DNA from: Ramazzottius varieornatus | Taxonomy: Eukaryota > Animalia > Tardigrada | DNA: 64,000 bases | NCBI GenBank assembly: GCA_001949185.1 | Contig: BDGG01000002.1 | Coordinates: forward strand, 6,934,448 to 6,998,447 | Reading direction: 5' to 3' | Part shown: piece after piece, positions 24,770 through 38,679 of the stretch | How positions within the stretch are numbered: the stretch's first letter is position 1 | How the letters are laid out: each line of letters starts with the position of its first letter | Program-made: the position numbers and the translations under genes | The notes under the pieces: model-generated | Seen by the model: only the letters and a program-made list of their open reading frames with translations | Told to the model about the DNA's origin: nothing | The model's database searches: none

Positions 24770-26709
24770 TGTCCGCGATGACGATGTATCAACACCATGT
24801 ATTCAGCTCCAGATATATTCGTAATTAGCCGCAAGTCCAAACAAGGAAGTTCCGTCTGCGGGACCATAGGTTACTCTGCACTTCGTCGCAATCGAAATTA
24901 AATGCCACACAATCAACGCACCTATGCGTGAGGTTCTTGGTGCGAATAAATTAGAGCAGAATCCAATTTCATCTGCACGAGCAAACCTACTCAAAGTAAT
25001 CGAAACCTCGAAAGTACCTGTTGGCGCTGAGAGTGTGGTAGAGCGGAAAACACTTGAGAAGTGTGAGATATCACTGCTGGGAACCATGCAGTCACTCCGA
25101 AAGCTCTTGACTGAGGCGAGCTCAGCCTGCAGTTCAGCCGGACGATCTAGATAGGCAACATAAAACTGAACGAGCGGAATATACCTTCTTATCAGTAAAT
25201 ATGATTGGAGAGTGGTCGTATAGGTACGTTAGTCATAATACTTAATACTTTAACCGATTACACAGCAAAATAGGCCGAACCTTGCTGTGGTCATCACAAG
25301 GCGGTTTACGATCTGTAGGCTTAGCCATACGAGCTCGTACAATCATACCAGAACTGCGGGCTGGTACTCTCCGAAGCGGCATGCCGGGTTGTGGCATGGC
25401 TCTTCCGAGCTCCTCAGTACTACATCTCGGCCTTAGTCTTCGGCCTTCCAGAAATCTTTGAGCAGCATCCAGCGAGACCCGTAATCCTGAAAAGAGAGTG
25501 ATGCATCTTAGTAAAATACTATATTAGGCTTCAGGAGCTAATTTCTCAAGATGACCATAAACTCAGTGACGCACCGGCACTTGTTTGGATATATGATACA
25601 TATGTAGATAGGCACTTGTTTGGATGCATGATGATCCTATCCATCAACGAGAAAACACCTGCCGAGTGCCGACAACTGGAATCAACTTCCGGTGGTCAGC
25701 GTGAACGATATCCAGGGCCTCCGAGCTGTCTTTCTTCCGGCTTCACACAGGTACTTGATTGCCTCTCGATCCGGAAAGTCATTTGCATATCAGAACAACC
25801 GGACAATTATGCCGGCATCTGTAAGCGATCATACCGACACTTTTAGGTCTGTATAGATGGTAGAACGGCTTTTTGACTACTATACAGGGCGCTCTTTAGA
25901 TGCACCACATGCAATAAACTCGTCAAGCTGACACAAATGATTAACAATTAACCATTTTTCACCGACTCACCTCAAAACAGAACACCATATCGATCATACG
26001 TCGAACTCTACGTATGCCATCGCTGTTACTATCAGATCGGGTGAATGAAAAACCGAAGAAAGATGCCGAGAGCTCAGATTCCCAAAAGCAGAATTGGCTC
26101 CGCAGTGACGTCATCCAGTTCGCGGTCCAACATTGCCCACACGGCCCACCAATTCAAAACAAATTCGCAGACTATTGATTGAGTGTCTTGATTGACAGAG
26201 CATGGAACTTCCCTCCTTCAAAAATCAAAACGTTCAAACTTCATAGGTGGAAACTTACTTTGCTGATCCATCACAAAAATTGTCTGCTCCACTTCAGTGA
26301 AAAGACCAGAGACAACCTGGGCTCGAGGAGTCCGTGAGACTTTGGGCTATCACGCCGGAAGAGGCAGTGGCCACGGACTGATCACGTCTGAAGGCCGTGC
26401 TTGATTGCGATCTCCATGCGAAGGAATATTATGGCCTGATCCAATGACAAGTCCCGCTTGTGTTGCTTTCTTCACGGCTCAAGCAAGAAGTTTATGGAGA
26501 AACGAGTAACAGCAGCATTGGCGGTTCTGCGGTACAGCGGCGGACATTGCTCACAAACATCGGACACGGTCGGTGAGTGTGGATCACCGTGGAGGAAGCT
26601 TGTTCCTTTCGGGCTTACGTAAGTCAGCTACATTGAGTTAATCTACATCCGCTTTCCACGAGTTCCGTTCTTCTTCAACGCCGAGCAAGCTCCCTCTCCG
26701 TCTTCGAAG

Positions 26710-29700
26710 ATGTTGTCCAGCGTCTTCTACAAGTACGGGCTGTTCTGCACCAAGCATGCCTGGGAAGCCATCGTGCTCATCGTCACTTTGACACTGTCCG
26801 TGACATCGCTGACGTTCTTCGGAGACTCCACCGTGTCCCGAATATGCGACTGGAACTTCCGCTGTCCCGAACAAGAGGTACGTCCAGATCCAAGAACAGC
26901 GCGAACATCATTATCTTATAGCGCGGAATTGTGGATGCTAATGATGCAATACGCCTGTGTGATGTCATCGATTAGACTATTGCGGCTTACTTACTGGTTG
27001 TTAAAATAAGATCCTCTTCGTAGGCAATGCATAGCTCGGAAATAATCATCTTGTCCATCGGAAGATGTCTTGCAGCTGCCTACATCTATCTGCAGTTCCG
27101 AAAGTTAAGCACTCTGGGATCCAAATACGTCTTAGGTACAGTAGCGCGTTCAACCGGAAATGGAATGCTAGTTATACTGTGTGGCACAAAGTAGTGCTAA
27201 GTGGGGAATAATTCTTTTTGCAGGGTTGGCTGGGTTCCTTTCCATATTCTTCTCGGTCGTATGCAGTGCTGGCTTAGTCCACCTGTTAGGTTACGAGCTC
27301 CAGGGTCTGGGAGACTCCCTTCCATTCTTCCTGCTTCTGTTAGACCTTAGCAAGGTTACGGCTCTAGCTCAGTATGCCATTGGGGTGACGACCCAGGAGA
27401 GTAACGTCAAAGAAAGCGTGGCTCGAGGCATGGCTATTCTCGGTCCCAACTTGACTTTGGACACTGCGGTGGAAGTACTTGTGATGGGCATTGGCTGTCT
27501 ATCAGGAATCCCCATGCTGGAAGTCAACTGCTGCTTCGGATGCATATCGCTAGCTGTCAACTATGTCGTCTTCATGACGTTCTTCCCCGGCTCTCTCTAC
27601 CTAATCCTCGAGGTGAACAATCGTTCGGGTTTAATAAGTTTGGGACTGAAAACTCGACAAATTACATCGGCTAGATCGTTTTCTCGAGTCGCGCAGGATT
27701 TCTATAGTATTGGCCGAAAGCGTGCGCCACTTGAGAAGGCGATCCGTCTCCAGTTGAGTTATCGACTTATTGTGTAAGGGAAATCTTGAATTTGTTTTAT
27801 TTGTTTGTGGGTTTTTTTTGCAGATAACAAGAAGCGGTCAGACTTCACCATGGCCATCCGTGAAAAAGATGGACTTTGACTCGCCACCGAACCCCGTCGC
27901 TCAACGGGTCAAGCTGATCATGTCAGGAGGACTTGTCCTCGTATACGTGTACAGCCACCTGGCTAACCAACTGGTCACTACGTCCAGCTTTGAGAAGGAC
28001 CTACTGGACATCGAACAGCGAACTCTCACACCGACTCTTCCTTTATGGAAGTTCTACCTTCAAAGGTACGCTATTTTCATCAGCAACAGCACGCTAAAAG
28101 GATAGTTATGTTCATACGGATTACTGAGTGGTGGTTGACTTGCAGCTTCGGGAATGTCACCACTCAACAACTCATTTCGTACATCTGTGTGCTCTTCCTG
28201 AGCGTGAAGTACGTCTTCTGGGATGCCGTGGTGGAAGTAGGGCCGAAGTCCCCTAGCCATGTGAAACACTCCCCGGTGGATGAGTCGCCGTCTCGGATCG
28301 GCACCGTCAAGACCGTCACGATAGCTGATCCTCCAGTACAAGAAAGCTCGCAACGAACGCCGCGTCCGAGACGCTTTACGGTAGGGGAAGACGACGAGGA
28401 AATGATCCTACCCTGCATGCTAGACTGCTCTGTCCAGACTGATGACGAAGTGCTCAGAAAGAAGTCACCACCTGCTTCGCCTAGACCGTCGGAAGCCTCT
28501 GTCATTGCACTGAAGGTTTGTGGAACTGCGATCCATTGATGGCGTATTGTTACAGCAAGCTATTACGGAGGAGTTTTTTCTGTACTGTAGAACAATGGAC
28601 TGAGCGAGCTGACAGATGAGGAAGTCGTGGCTCTCGTACCGAAGTATCTACTGGACAGGAAGCTGGAGGAAGAACTGGGCGATAAGACGAGAGCAGTAAA
28701 GATTCGCCGAATGCTCACAGCCAAGTCACCTGCAGTTGCCAGACCAGAGGCTTTTGACGATATTCCCTTTGAAAATTACGACTATGCTCGGGTAAGTACG
28801 GGGTCAGGCAGCTAACTGTGAACCCTCCCTTTTCAACCCGATACTGTGGAACGTTCGAGTATGACCCTGCGAACCCTTCTTTATTTTTTGTTCTTATTAT
28901 TAGGTGCACGGCCAGTGTTGCGAGATGGTAAACGGGTACATACCCCTACCACTAGGAATTGCTGGTCCCTTGTCGCTCAACGGGAAAGAATATCAGGTTA
29001 CTGTAGTATGGCTGACTTTCCGGGTGCCTGCTGTGAACTTTGCTCAAACCTGACTGAACCGATACGTTCTCGTGTTGCAGATCCCACTAGCGACAACTGA
29101 AGGTGTACTGGTAGCCTCCATCAACCGGGGTCTGTCAGCCATCAGGCAGTCTGGAGGAGCGAAAGCCTTCCTTCGTGGGGATGGGATGACCAGAGCCCCT
29201 GTCGTTTCGATGCCTGATGGAGAAGGCGTTGATCAAAGTAAGCCTTCAAGAAAACACCTGGGTGCAGTTGTTCGTCATCTACAAACTGAGTGGTGGCCAT
29301 CACATGGGACGCCTGCAAATGGCTTGAACGTGAACGTTTTATCCTAAGTGGCGCGGACCTTCAGCCAATACTAATGAAACGTGCGCCAATTGAGATAACG
29401 ATCATATTCAACTTATACTCGTGCTGTACGGATGTTCCTTCTTTTAGTCATCAGGTGGATCGAAGCAGACGGTTTCAGAGAAATCAAACAAGCCTTCGAC
29501 AGCACTTCCCGTTTCGCCCGGCTGGACAGCATCAAGACGGTGCAAGAAGGACGCAACCTCCACCTTCGGTTCAAAGCCAGAACCGGAGATGCTATGGGAA
29601 TGAACATGTTGTGTAAGGGCACAGAAAGGGGTCTACAGGTCCTCCAGCAACACTTTCCCGAGATGCAAGTCATCGCCCTGAGCGGTAACTACTGCACAGA

Positions 29701-30474
29701 CAAGAAAGCAGCAGCCATCAACTGGATCGAAGGTCGCGGGAAGTCCGTCGTCTGTGTCGCCCACATTCCCGAAGCCGTGCTGACCAAGGTCCTCAAGACC
29801 ACAGCCAAGAAGCTGGTACAGCTAAACGTCAAGAAGAACTTCAACGGCTCGTCCATGGCTGGTACCATCGGCGGCAACAACGCCCAAGCGGCAAACATCG
29901 TCACTGCAATGTACCTCGCTACCGGTCAGGACGCGGCGCAGAGCATCGTTAGCTCGAACTGCTTCACAAATATGGAAATTGTCGAAGATAAGCCTGGGGA
30001 CCTGTACGTTTCAGTCACGATGCCCTCGATCGAAGTGGGAACGGTTGGAGGAGGGACCAATCTTCCTGCCCAAGCTGCCTGTCTCGAGGTGAGAGCCGGA
30101 AACAAACTGTTTTGCAGACATGATTTCTCGATGCTGATCTTGTTTACCATTCTGTGTAGATTCTGGGTCTTCGGGGCGCCCATCCCACAACTCCCGGTAA
30201 GAATGCTCAGACTTTGGCTCAAGTGGTTGCTGCAACAGTATTAGCTGGAGAGCTTTCCCTCATGTCCTCCTTGGTGGAAGGGACCTTGGTGAAGAGCCAT
30301 ATGACCCATAATAGGTAAAGTGACTCTGACCAAACAAAAATTTCAACTTTTACGGAAGACTATTTTTCTTGTTGATGTTGTAGGTCAAAGATCGACATTT
30401 CTCGGGAAAGCCTTGCGAGTCGTGGTCAAGGAGACTCGCCTTCCGGTCAACTGCTGGAAGTACCCCGAAGTTGA
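26710..30474 (+). CDS. HMGCR: HMG-CoA reductase (class I, with sterol-sensing domain)
   Basis: [96 protein letters not shown]. Confidence 0.97.
27686..27732. repeat. Fold-back element core, copy 5 (HMGCR intron)
   Basis: GAGTCGCGCAG-N25-GTGCGCCACTT with GATCGTTTTCTC/GAGAAGGCGATC flanks. Confidence 0.8.
29346..29391. repeat. Fold-back element core, copy 6 (HMGCR intron)
   Basis: AAGTGGCGCGG-N24-GTGCGCCAATT. Confidence 0.8.
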
Positions 30475-31564
30475 TTTCCGTCTGCTTGTAATCTCCTGTG
30501 CTGCCTGCTAAATATGGGTATTTGATTGGCACAAGACTTTAATTTGGGCGAAAATCCTTGTTGTTTCTGTGATCGGGCTCTTGATTACCCAGTTGTAGTT
30601 TGAACTTTTTACTCCGGGATGTGTGATTGGAAGAGAGCAGTTCGTTGCATTTATTATTTGGAGACTGTGGAATGGTGTTTGTCGTAAAAGCAAGAATTTT
30701 GAGAATATATGCAGGTTTTTGATTTGACGTCTGCTTGTCGTGCGCGCAACATCGAAGCTGTAAGTCCTATAAAATAACAATCGCGTTTGCAGTGCCAACC
30801 AGATGTCATCAAGCTTTCAGTCTGAACGTGGGATTAAACGTTCAGTTCTGCAGAAGAAGCTATTATGACAGACGAAGACGAGGAGAACGTCACAAAAGTG
30901 CAAAAGTGATTTTGTCGACTTCGTGAAAGATCAAAGCGTGAAGCAATTGTGGTCCACTACGAGTATTGCAGTTCGTGGGTTTAAGGGCCGACACGGATGC
31001 TGAAGTCATCAGGAAAGGGGAAAGACGGAGGTATGGAATCTGATAGCTTTTGATGTCCATCGGTGCTAACGAGGAGTCTGCCGAAAATGTCAGGTCAAGA
31101 GACGACGTCTTGCGTCCTTCGCATGTGGTAACCGCAGGAACTTCCGGCCTATCCAGACAGGTGTCTCCCTCGCTCTTTGAGTCTCCCGTAATACACGCAA
31201 ATTACCCAAAATGAATGCAGTCCGCCACGTGACCGTTGGTGAAGCTAGGATTTCATACGTAAGTACAGCCTTGTTGCTGCCATGCTCTGTCGGCGATCTT
31301 CACCGCCCGGCGCCCGTAAACCGAGTGGTAGTAGATTGTCCAAGGGATCTGAGCAACCACTGCAGTTGTCACTCATTAGCGTAAGGCCAGATCAACCCTT
31401 TCGCATCCAGCTGTCTACTTAGGACGGCAGACTGAAGGGTTCATCAGCTCCACAAGGGATGCTGTTTGTCTGAAGACGAGCGATATCTATCCTCTATGTC
31501 TAATAAAACAGCACACCGTCGATAAGACAACTGCATCCATTCGGGCCGAACCAGCCAGAAAGTA

Positions 31565-32761
31565 CAGGGTGGGGACACCAAGTGACTACCACCTAACAAA
31601 ATTAGGCGGTTCTCGACCGAATTTTTGCTTGACTCCGCAACTAAATTACTTTGATTCAACATCCTTTTTGACACCTCCTGAAAAATTACTGGCCAGAAAT
31701 CTGTTCAACAGGAGCCGAAATCGGCATGAAATCAGGAATGGAAAAAGTCAATAATTCTCTCAACTTTCTTGGTTGCCGAATTTTCGAAATTCATTTTCGA
31801 TTTGCAACTGAGGTCTTGCTGTAATCTTACTGAAAATAATTAAAATAGGGACTGGGCTACACATAACGTGGTCGAAAGAATCAATCTAACGTCTAGGACA
31901 AGAGAAACAATTTTTGCCGTATAAGGGAGTTTCCCGCTTGACCTGCATAGTGTTGCGTGCCTTAAGATTAAACTGAAGCTCGATAAGCGAATATAGAATG
32001 TTAGAGATAACGTTTGGGTCGAGACAAAATATCTTCCCCACCGGAATTCATGCTAATCAGCTTTCCCAAAGTATATTTCAACCGATATGACGCTGGTTTT
32101 TCTATTTGGCGCTTCCGAGGTATTTTCCAAATTGTTCAGGAAACGAGTTTTTCTGGAGGGGTGTTGGCTCTGCTCCCAAAACCGCTTCTGCGGTTCTCAA
32201 GAGCATGCTTTGTAGTTTCGGTTGCTCGAGCTGCTTGAAAAACGGGCGGATGGGAAGACTTTAACAGATATGTCCAGGTAGGGAAGAAAATCGGGGAATC
32301 AGTTTTTTATACCAGTTTTCTACGCATGGCCTGCCGTACGGGCCGGATCAGCTGTTTACGCGATGCAGCCGCCTGTCCCCTATGGCTAACCGAGAACTCT
32401 ACTTGACATACTATTCTACACGGAAGTGCTCGCCAAGCCTGTTTTACTTCCATGAATGGATCGGAGTTGAACTATTTTTTGGATAATGGCCGAATGCTCA
32501 TTACCATGTCATCACCTGTCAAGTCGAGATTTGGGTGTATCTCCATGAGCTCTAAATGCTCATGTTCATAGAGGGGTGGAAAGTCGGGCTGTCCGAGAAG
32601 CGCCAAATAGCAAAAACCAGCGTCATATGAATATACTATATGTCATTGGAAACAGGTTGAAAAGTTGTATGAGAGTTGTGAAGGACTGGACAAAAAAACC
32701 GTGAAACGATTTTTTCATAGCGTTTTGTTGTAAGTGGTAGTCACTTGGCATCCCCACCCTG
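31565..32761. mobile_element. Non-autonomous Tc1/mariner-superfamily element (~1.2 kb)
   Basis: TA|CAGGGTGGGGACACCAAGTGACTACCACC at the left end; the right-end reverse complement reads TA|CAGGGTGGGGATGCCAAGTGACTACCACT. No transposase ORF inside. Confidence 0.85.
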
Positions 32762-34254
32762 TAGCAAAGCCCAATGAAGCTGTGTGTAAAAGTGGCGGAC
32801 TTGACGGATGCCGGTATGTACTGCCAGCGATCGAAACGCAAGGATAGCTCCTTGCAGAAGTAACTTTAGCAACCCAAGGTAAAACTTCACCCGGTATGCA
32901 CCATACTTTGAGTATCGGAACAACCGTCTCCAGATGCGGGGCAGCTGTTGGCCCATCAAGAACAAATTTGGGCAGTTGGTTGCACTGCGCCGTGTTGACT
33001 TGAGTCGGTTCATGAGTTTTAGGCGAGAACCGCATTTGCTTGTCGTGCAGCTCCAGTGGAGCAATTCCTTTTCTACTAACTGCGTTGTTAGCCACGAGCT
33101 GCTTTCAGAATTTGGATACTAAAAAAGCCAGACATCAGTGAGACATGAAACGAGGGAGAAGAATGGGAGTGGTACTAAATGACTACTGCAACCGGAAGTC
33201 ATCCGATACCGTCGACCGAATGTCAAAGAACGGGATGTACTTGCACTTCTTAATAGCTTCCAGAACTTCCAGACAACCGAAAATCTCTTCCATAACGTGA
33301 GCAAGAATCCACTGGAAAGTCACTGTGTAAATACTCTTCGGATTCATTCAGCTCCCGAAGAGCATCATCTGCTGGTCCTCTCGCCACAGCGGGCCCGGTT
33401 CCCGTCTCCGCTGCGTCCATCTGTCCTGAACTCGACAATATTCCTGCAAAAACAAGAAATGGAAACATAATACTAATACGGTGACGGGTATCCAGATAAA
33501 TGCACAGAAGCAGCAGAACGAACTTCAGAACTCCGGAGAATCTGGCTCGTCCGTTATGGCCTTTTTTGACCCCGGTCACGGATCGCCTATCACAGAGTCC
33601 TGGGGTGCAGGGTCTAGTGTAAGTTGGGTCTTCCCCCCTCCAGCGGCTGCAGCCTCAAAAAATACAAATCAATCAATCTTTCTAGACGACTGGTTCCATA
33701 TCGTCTTGGCGGGTGTCGTTGTTCCATACATTTTGAATTTTGATCTGTTTATCCCTTTATCCAGCATCCCAAAATCCAGATTTCAGAAATCCGGATTTTC
33801 TAAACGCCAACTTCTTCGACCTTTATCTTGATGGTTCGTAGCTACTAGCTAGCCTTCAGATTTGACTACCTTCCTTTGTGTGATTGAGGGAAAGCTCAAC
33901 GGATGGTGCATACTTTGGAAGATACGGTAAGAAGTTTATGGTCCAGAGTTGGAACTTTGTGGCGTCTCGAGCTGTAGAAGCGACTTCTGATAACGAGATG
34001 CTGCTGTTTTGCAGGTTTTGAAACTCCTTTGCATCCTGACCAAGCCAATCTGCTGATAGCTCGAGAGCATATTGTGGGAGCTTCGCTGCAGAACGCAGTA
34101 AGAGTACAAGTGGGTCTAACCGCTATTGATATCCTACTGGCTATCCTACTACTGTGCGTACGCTTACGGCAGCTTCGATTACTGATGTATTCCGTAAAAA
34201 GCATCCTTTTCCTTGCAGTATCAAGAAGGTGTGCAGCAAGACCGAAGCCCAACC

Positions 34255-37148
34255 ATGAGTGACGCGTTCTTTGCAAGATCGGACGCATCTCCTGAAGTAG
34301 AAGACCCGAATAAGACACATACCGTGGCTGAGCTCGGATCTCCAGCGGAACGTCGTATGACTGTTAATCCACATCTTCCGGTTATCAACGAACCCAAGCA
34401 TGGTTTGCTGTAAGTGCCGTACTTCTTTCACGATCTTAAGTTTCGATGTCTACAGGAATATATGCTTATAGGGCGATATTGCGTTCTTTCCCGAATGAAA
34501 GCCAGCGAGAAGTAATTACCAAGATGGAAGCAATCTGGACTGAGATTGGCCTGTCGGATGCAGAGCGGGAGAAACGCTTGAAAGTCTTCGAGAATATCAT
34601 CTCGCAGGAACTTTCAGCGATTTTGGAGAAGGCCTATGAAAGTCAAGCCAGCTATCGACGAAGTTTGGAAGATAGAGTGGCGCGATATCTGCAAGAGATC
34701 AGAACCGCTGAAGATTTGCTGAATATTCAACCTTCCCAAGAGTTTCTCGAGGTACTAAGCGGAAATTTGTAATTGTCTTTTTGTGTGACGTTTTGGCCCG
34801 GTGAAGTTTGTTGTGGACGTTGAGACCTAGAGCTGGGTTGAATACTCATTTTGATCTGACAACGTTTTAGGCAGAAAGTGGTGCAGAAGTCTTTCGTCGG
34901 GAGTATATCCTCCGCGCTCGTTGCAATGAGCTGCTTGCTCTGCGAGCAGAGCGAGAGAAGGCTTTGGAAGTTATGGTTTTGGCCAATGAGAAGTACTCAC
35001 GAGCTTTAGGAAGACCGACTTTTCCTCTTCACCATCACAACCTACGGCTGAGGACGGAGAATCTGGAGGCTTTGCAAACCGTGAACGCCGAGCTTGAAGT
35101 GCAATACGTAAGCAAGACGTGACAACATAGTAACTTTCCTCTTTCTGTGTGCTTGAAATCAGCTCTGTTTCATCTCGCAAATTGTTTTTCTAGACCTTTC
35201 TTTCAAATGGTATGATTGGCCTACGGAAAGAGCTGGAAGAGTTGGCATTCATGCTCAAGGAACCTCTCTCCGGCATAAACTGGGAGCTGCTAACGGAAGC
35301 CAACATCAAATTCATCAAGGACAGAACATCCCACGTAACACTGAAGTTATTTTTTACAGAATAGAACTTGCGGTACTAATATATTAACCTTTCTCTTTCC
35401 AGCTTGAACAACTGAAAGCTGAAAGAATTGCTACTGGGAAGGAGGTTCTTCAGCGTATCTACCATCTTTGTCGTCGCGTTGAGCTCAAGTCAGAATTGCT
35501 GGATGCGCATCCGGAACTTGAAAGCCAACTCTTCGACCCGGAAGTGCTTGTACAAGTGAGTGTAGTCTTTCATTTCGTTCTAGTTTCGTTTCCCTTATTA
35601 CAATCTGAGCATCCTTGCAGTTGACTGAAGAACGAAACAGGCTCGAACAGTTGACAAAGGAGAACCTTCATGCTGTGACCATGCACCTTCGCGAACGAAT
35701 TTGCGCCATGTACGAAAAGACGTACGCTTCCCAGTCCGAGAAGGAGTCGTTTCCTGGCTTCGAGTCGGGTACGTTAAAATACATTGTACTCTCTCGATCC
35801 TTTCACGCTGTGAAATATTCGCATCAAAACCCTTTCCTTTACCTTGCAGAAGAATTTACGGAAGCGTTGCTGGACATTCACGAAGCAGAGCTGAACCGTC
35901 TTGAGGAAAAGCTGGATACTAATCGGGCCTTGTATGAGCTGCTTGATGAACACCTGAAGCTTCTGCATGAGAAAGTGGAGTTCGAGGTAAGAAACCATCT
36001 CCAGAATTATCTATTTGTAGCGCGAACTTCTGATGCAAATATTCAAGGTTTTTGTGTTCGTAGGAAAAAGAGTGCGATCCTAAGGTGATGCAGAACCGGG
36101 GTGGAATCTTGCTCAAGGTTCAGAACGAGAAGAAGAAAGTTGTGGCCAAAATATCTAAGGTACTTTTCACGCTTTACGAGGTTTGGCAAAGATTTTCTAT
36201 TGAGTTCTTTATCGAACTTGCAGGTGCTGGCCGATCTTAACGTTGTTATCGAGAAGAACATGACGGACTGCAAGCCGGAAATGCTGGTTTGGGACTTGCC
36301 TGTCTCGGCGTTCTTGCAACAACGACAGCAGGAGATGGAAAAAGAGAAGTCGGATTCTGTCAAGGACCGCCGTGTCAAAGATCAGGGAAGTGGGGTGAAG
36401 AGAGGGAAGACCCAAAAGGAGACTCCTACTGTCAAGCGGCTGAAAAACGAGGTTGGATAATGTCATCTACCCAAACTCTGACACAGGTTTTACAGCATTG
36501 CAGTATTTTCTCTTTGTTTGATTACGTTTACGATTCACAGCGCACCATAACTGTTGTTGTGAAGCAATGTGGCTGTTTGTTGTCATTCAAGTTTCAGCGA
36601 AAATTAATATTTAATTGAATCTGGTCTGTAGCGTTTTTAGCTGGTCGGTATTGATAGATAATCTGACGCGACTTGGTTTTCTTTTTACAGAATCTGAAAA
36701 CTGCAACTGGTTCTGGTCTAAAGATTAAAGCTGTCGTACATCGCACGGTCGACAGAGCTAACGAGGTTCGTGCGAAGTGTAGCTCTAAACAGAATGCTGT
36801 ACATTTTATCAGTCTGTCGATTTGGATGAGAATTGTCAGACTTGTTTCTTGCAGTCGTCCTCGAGTCTCGTCAAGCCACAAAGCAGTGTCGCTCAGCCCG
36901 CTAGCACCGCCGTGCAACCATCCAGCAGTACCCTGACGAAGATCGGACCTGTTAGACAACGTCTGAACTTTGATGCAAGCACCGGATCCGGAGTGGTCAA
37001 CAAAGCGGTTTCTCGACTAGGGACCCCCAAAAGCACAGCTGGTACAGTCTCAACACCAAAAACAGCGGTAAGTTCTCTTGAAATCACAATGCAAGCTCGC
37101 TTTCAATACTTCCTAGCTTAATCGTACGAATTTCAGGGGAAGAAGTGA
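34255..37148 (+). CDS. PRC1: Protein regulator of cytokinesis 1 / MAP65-Ase1 family
   Basis: MEAIWTEIG, FTEALLDIHEAELNRLE, DPKVMQNRGGILLK, basic Ser/Thr-Pro tail; about 11 exons. Confidence 0.85.
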
Positions 37149-37482
37149 CGAGGAAGTTCTTTACAAAGAAGTTAGGGACCAACTGAGCTAGGACTACTTT
37201 TCGTACCAGTACCGCTGCATTTCATATTTCGGTTTACATTATATTATTATGTTAATTTTCCAAGCTATAGAACAGATCTGAGAAAAACATGCCTTCTGCA
37301 GAGTGAATTTCGCAGCTTTTGAACTAATGATACCCAATCTTCCTGCTTTTCCGAATGAAATCATTTGTTTTACGGATTTAAATTTTTGCGTTTTCACAAT
37401 GCCCACTAATTAGCAACACGTTTCAACGAAAAATATAGAATACTGATTTTTGAAGTCCGCAAAATCTGTCGGCCTCTGTAAA

Positions 37483-38136
37483 TCATATGGTCAGTGTCAT
37501 CTGTTTTAGTCGTCCAACTTGACAGGAGGCAAGTAACCGATCGACGTTCACCCATCTGAAACAAACAAAACTGTTGAACTGAAGTTGAACAACATTTTTG
37601 TGGGCTTTTCGTACCGGTGGTTTTTATCGAACAGGAGTGTGGCATCCGTGCCAGCTTCTGCCATGAGGATAGGAAGTCCTCCAGGGTGATAGTCCAAGTA
37701 TTTGCTGATGTTATAAACCTTCCCCCGTATGGCCATCCAAGCGTCAGCCTCGGTGTTATGTCGAGCTAACTCTTCTTTGGTTATTATCCTGGCTTCCGAA
37801 GGGCCGCCTAGACCTGTCATATCTTCTCCACTTTTGGTCCTATCGACCCAGTTGGTCAGGGCATAGCCAGGCTTGAGCTGGACTTTCCTGGATACTTTCT
37901 TCCCTTTAGCGACAACTTCCGGTGACGTTTCTACAAGCAAACATCGATCGATAAGCAAGCTCACATAGTTAAGAATGCGCAGAGTTTTTCACCATACCTG
38001 TGACATTTAAAAGCTGACTTGCCTGAGAATTCTCCATGGAGGTTGTAGAGGGAACTTCTAGCGTTACTTTCTCGGGCGACGATGACGGAGATAGAGCGTC
38101 AATCGTGGGCGGTGGTGGCATCGAAGAGTCGTCCAT
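37483..38136 (-). CDS. Stand-alone cytochrome b5 heme-binding protein of the CYB5R4/Irc21 type
   Basis: RKVQLKPGYALTNW..HNTEADAWMAIRGKVYNISKYLDYHPGG..FDKNHR|WVNVDRLLASCQVGRLKQMTLTI*; three exons. Confidence 0.82.
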
Positions 38137-38679
38137 CCTCCTTGCTCGTCCAACTGTAACACGGCTCAGTCTAGAAGAGTTCAAGATACGGTATGATGGT
38201 CGAAGAAACATCCAATGACTTCCCGAAGCAGTCTGGACTTACAGAGAGTCTGGAAGAGATTCCGAGGATACGAACTTTTGAGAGTGATGACTGCCAAAGT
38301 AAATCCGCAACAAACAGCTAGCAAAACTGCGCCAGCGTGCGCGTGCATCCAGTTACGCACCCAGCTTCCTGTGCGCACTTGTGCATTTCCATGGTCCATA
38401 CCGGAAATAGGTTTGCTCATTTCTCCCAACTCCTTCGATGACATCTAGGTCAAAATCGGATTACTTTCTGATTAAATAGGTAGGTACCGTATGCAGTTGA
38501 AGAAGGCATAGAAAGGGTGATCTGGCTAGTTAACTTAAGGCCTTCTTCGTACACCTGCCGGAAATTGTCCGGGTCACCAGGTGACACAGTACCGCGGGAA
38601 TTAGGGATCATCTTCCTCGTCGGATGTGCTCGAGATTCATAGCATCGTTTTGGCAGATGTGTCTTTCGCGTGATTCGAA

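Noticed and set aside
26100-26460. CRE (TGACGTCA), CCAAT and SRE-like ATCAC motifs upstream of HMGCR
   Set aside because: Plausible, but these short motifs also occur elsewhere in the window and the transcription start is unknown.
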